From Octopus sinensis (lineage: Eukaryota): a stretch of 64,000 nt of DNA. Positions 61,701 to 64,000 of this stretch are shown here, piece after piece. Location of the stretch: contig NC_043011.1 in the NCBI RefSeq assembly GCF_006345805.1, positions 55,316,464 to 55,380,463 on the forward strand. The letters are read 5' to 3'. The translations under genes and the position numbers were made by a program. The notes under the pieces are model-generated. The model made no database searches and had not been told where the DNA came from. It saw only the letters and a program-made list of their open reading frames with translations. The stretch's first letter is position 1. Each line of letters opens with the position of its first letter.

Positions 61701-62279
61701 TTTAATTTTATTGGTTGACTCTTTATCTTTCAAGAGTTGACTTATCTCTGAATTTATCTTTTGAAGTCAACATCCATGAGAGTGCAAATAAATAGATAAA
61801 TAAAAATCTAGCAGCAGGCAAAACATCCTGGAAAAAATTTTTAAAGTAATAAAAATAATAAAAAGAGAGAGATAGACATGTTCCTTGTGTGTTTAAATTG
61901 ACAGAAAACTAGAGCTGAGCAACAAATTTGTGAAAAGAAACTGTCAGAACGTTTCAACAGGAAAACTTTGCCTGTCAACCGCTAAACACAAGATGTCAGG
62001 AAAAGGCACAGAATGGAATTTTATTTCATTTTCAAACTTGAGAAACCACAAAATTAATTACCTGTGAAATATTTATTCGGGGACAAAGAAGTAAACACCA
62101 AAGCAGTGTTTACAGACTTTTTATTTCACTTTATTTCTATTGCTAATTACCTTGAGAAAGCCATGAACATCACAACCTCTTGCTTATAACAATTACAATA
62201 CTTTACAAGCAATTCTTAAACACAGAAATAATTTACTGAATAATAAGCAAAGTGAAAACTAGTTTCTCTTGGTTAAGTA

Positions 62280-62672
62280 CAAAGGCTTTATATTTTGAGG
62301 GAGAAACATTCTTGGAATTCCATTTCTTGGGGAAAGCAAGCAGCTGCCTTGTTGCATTCCCTTGGATTTCCACAACATCTTCAATCTCGTTCCTTTCAAA
62401 TGGGATTTGATTTTTGGCTTGGTTTCAGGGTCTTAACCAATTTGTCACCTGTTATGACCATTTTCTAAACAGTTTTGTTTTCCTTGATACAAAGAAGATC
62501 TTCTTGAGACAACCACACTCTACACACTTTACTTCCAAACCAAGCATTGCTACAAACAACAGAAGTGAATGAGAACATTATAACTAAGTCTGTCTTACAC
62601 AGAGGCATCAAGGTCAATCTGTGCCAAATGGATTCACTCTGCAATGGTCCTGATACTTTTTGATCAGACCTC
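62280..62672 (-). mobile_element. Internally deleted Tc1/mariner element
   Basis: TIR GAGGTCTGATCAAAAAGTATC(A)GGAC; transposase remnants KMVITGD...DPETK fused to PKIKSHLKGTR.EDVVEIQGNATRQLLAF..EFQECF. Confidence 0.75.
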
Positions 62673-62699
62673 ATGTGCATATTTGTGTATTTGTACTTC

Positions 62700-62935
62700 T
62701 GTGTCTTGACAATGTGCAATAGCTGTAAACAAGAATCACCATCATACAGGCAGTGTCATATGTTTCCAATCTTCCATGAAAACATGTCCAGCCATGGGGA
62801 AATATTACCATCTTGGTTGGCAACAGGCGAGGGTTGGCAACAGGAAGGGTATCTGGACATAGAAAACCTGCTTCAATAAATTCGTTTAACCCATGCAAGC
62901 ATGGAAAAGTGGACATTACAATGATGATAATGACG
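62700..62935 (+). mobile_element. Family A2 repeat
   Basis: GGGTTGGCAACAGGAAGGGTATCTGG...CATGGAAAAGTGGACATTACAATGATG. Confidence 0.65.
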
Positions 62936-62954
62936 GTGGTGGGTTGAAGAAGAC

Positions 62955-63185
62955 AGCGAGCTGGCAGAAACCTTAGCGCACCAGGTGAAATACTTTGTGA
63001 TATTTCATCTGCCGTTACGTTCTGAGTTCAAATTCCGCCGAGGTCGACTTTGCCTTTCATCCTTTCGGGGTCGATAAATTAAGTACCAGTTATGCACTGG
63101 GGTCGATGTAATCGACTTAATCCGTTTGTCTGTCCTTGTTTGTCCTCTCTGTATTTAGCCCCTTATGGGTAGTAAAGAAATAGGT
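62955..63185 (+). mobile_element. SINE family B, full length
   Basis: Collinear with 33591-33822. Confidence 0.85.
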
Positions 63186-63308
63186 GGTAGGTTGCAGTTT
63201 GATAAGAGTTTATCAGAACTGGATTAACAGTTACAATGGATGCTTTGACAAATAATTTTAGTGTCGGATGGTTTTAGAGAATATTGAACACACTCCACTT
63301 TATCGTTT

Positions 63309-63310
<2 letters not shown>

Positions 63311-63340
<30 letters not shown>

Positions 63341-63650
63341 TTAACGTCCGCTTTCCATGCTATCATGGGTTGGACAATTTGACTGAGGTCTGGTGAACCA
63401 GACTCCAATCTGATCTGGCAGAGTTTCTACAGCTGGATGCCCTTCATACGCCAACCACTCCGAGAGTGTAGTGGGTGCTTTTTACATACCACCAGCACGA
63501 GGGCCAGTTTGGTGGTACTGGCAACGGCCACGCCCAAATGGTGCTTTTCATGTGCCACCTGCACAGGAGCCAGTCCAGTGGCACTGACGACGACCTCGCT
63601 CGAATGTTTCACGTGCCACCAGCACAAGTGCTAGTAAGGCGACACAGTAA
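63311..63650 (-). mobile_element. RTE 3' UTR fragment (family A)
   Basis: (CAT)n tail plus the family A body. Confidence 0.8.
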
Positions 63651-64000
63651 TGATCAAGAAAAAAATAAAAGTTGTTGCTATTTGGTACCTGTAATTAAAG
63701 GCATTCCAGCTGTGACCATCCTGTATTTTTTTGTAAAAAATGGTAGGATGTGATTTTAGGTATATTTCACTGCTATTTCCAGCAGGTTGAGCAACCATGT
63801 TGAGTAATGAAGACAAACCATTTTAGTTTGGTTGAAATCTTAATTTCTTCAATAATTCTGTAAGAGGTTTACTTTAGATTTAGGTAAATATTTAGATCTA
63901 AGTTTTTTCATGATATTGCAGAGATTTTTTCCAAAATTCATGTGTCACCTAAATCTCTGTAAGGATGTCACATAACCCATAAGTGGCCATCTCTAAAGAA

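Noticed and set aside
1-64000. CRISPR arrays, operons or other prokaryotic systems
   Set aside because: Sequence is eukaryotic; no regularly spaced repeat-spacer structure was seen.

Overview
AT-rich, repeat-dense animal genomic DNA. The repeat families and (TA/CA/ATG)n load suggest a coleoid cephalopod, probably Octopus; this is inferred from the sequence, not verified. No complete protein-coding gene is visible, and nearly all ORF-track entries are microsatellite or antisense-repeat artefacts. Recognisable content: several tRNA-derived SINE families; 5'-truncated RTE LINE copies whose long modular 3' UTR ends in (GAT)n; CR1, RTE-X-like and R4/Dong-like LINE remnants; a deleted Ty3/Gypsy element; a deleted mariner; several MITEs; a probable non-autonomous Helitron; and a plausible TATA promoter with first coding exon (MSPTEQKADG) on the minus strand. 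Most notable is a set of non-coding elements carrying type I hammerhead-ribozyme motifs of the Penelope-like/retrozyme kind. They come from at least three unrelated sequence families and sit at (TA)n tracts. Two are near-perfect fold-back palindromes (580-bp arms at 35331-36493; 66-bp arms at 40598-40729) that place one ribozyme on each strand. An R4/Dong-like LINE also shows a twin-priming-like 5' inversion. Repeat boundaries are read by eye and may be off by about 10-20 bp.
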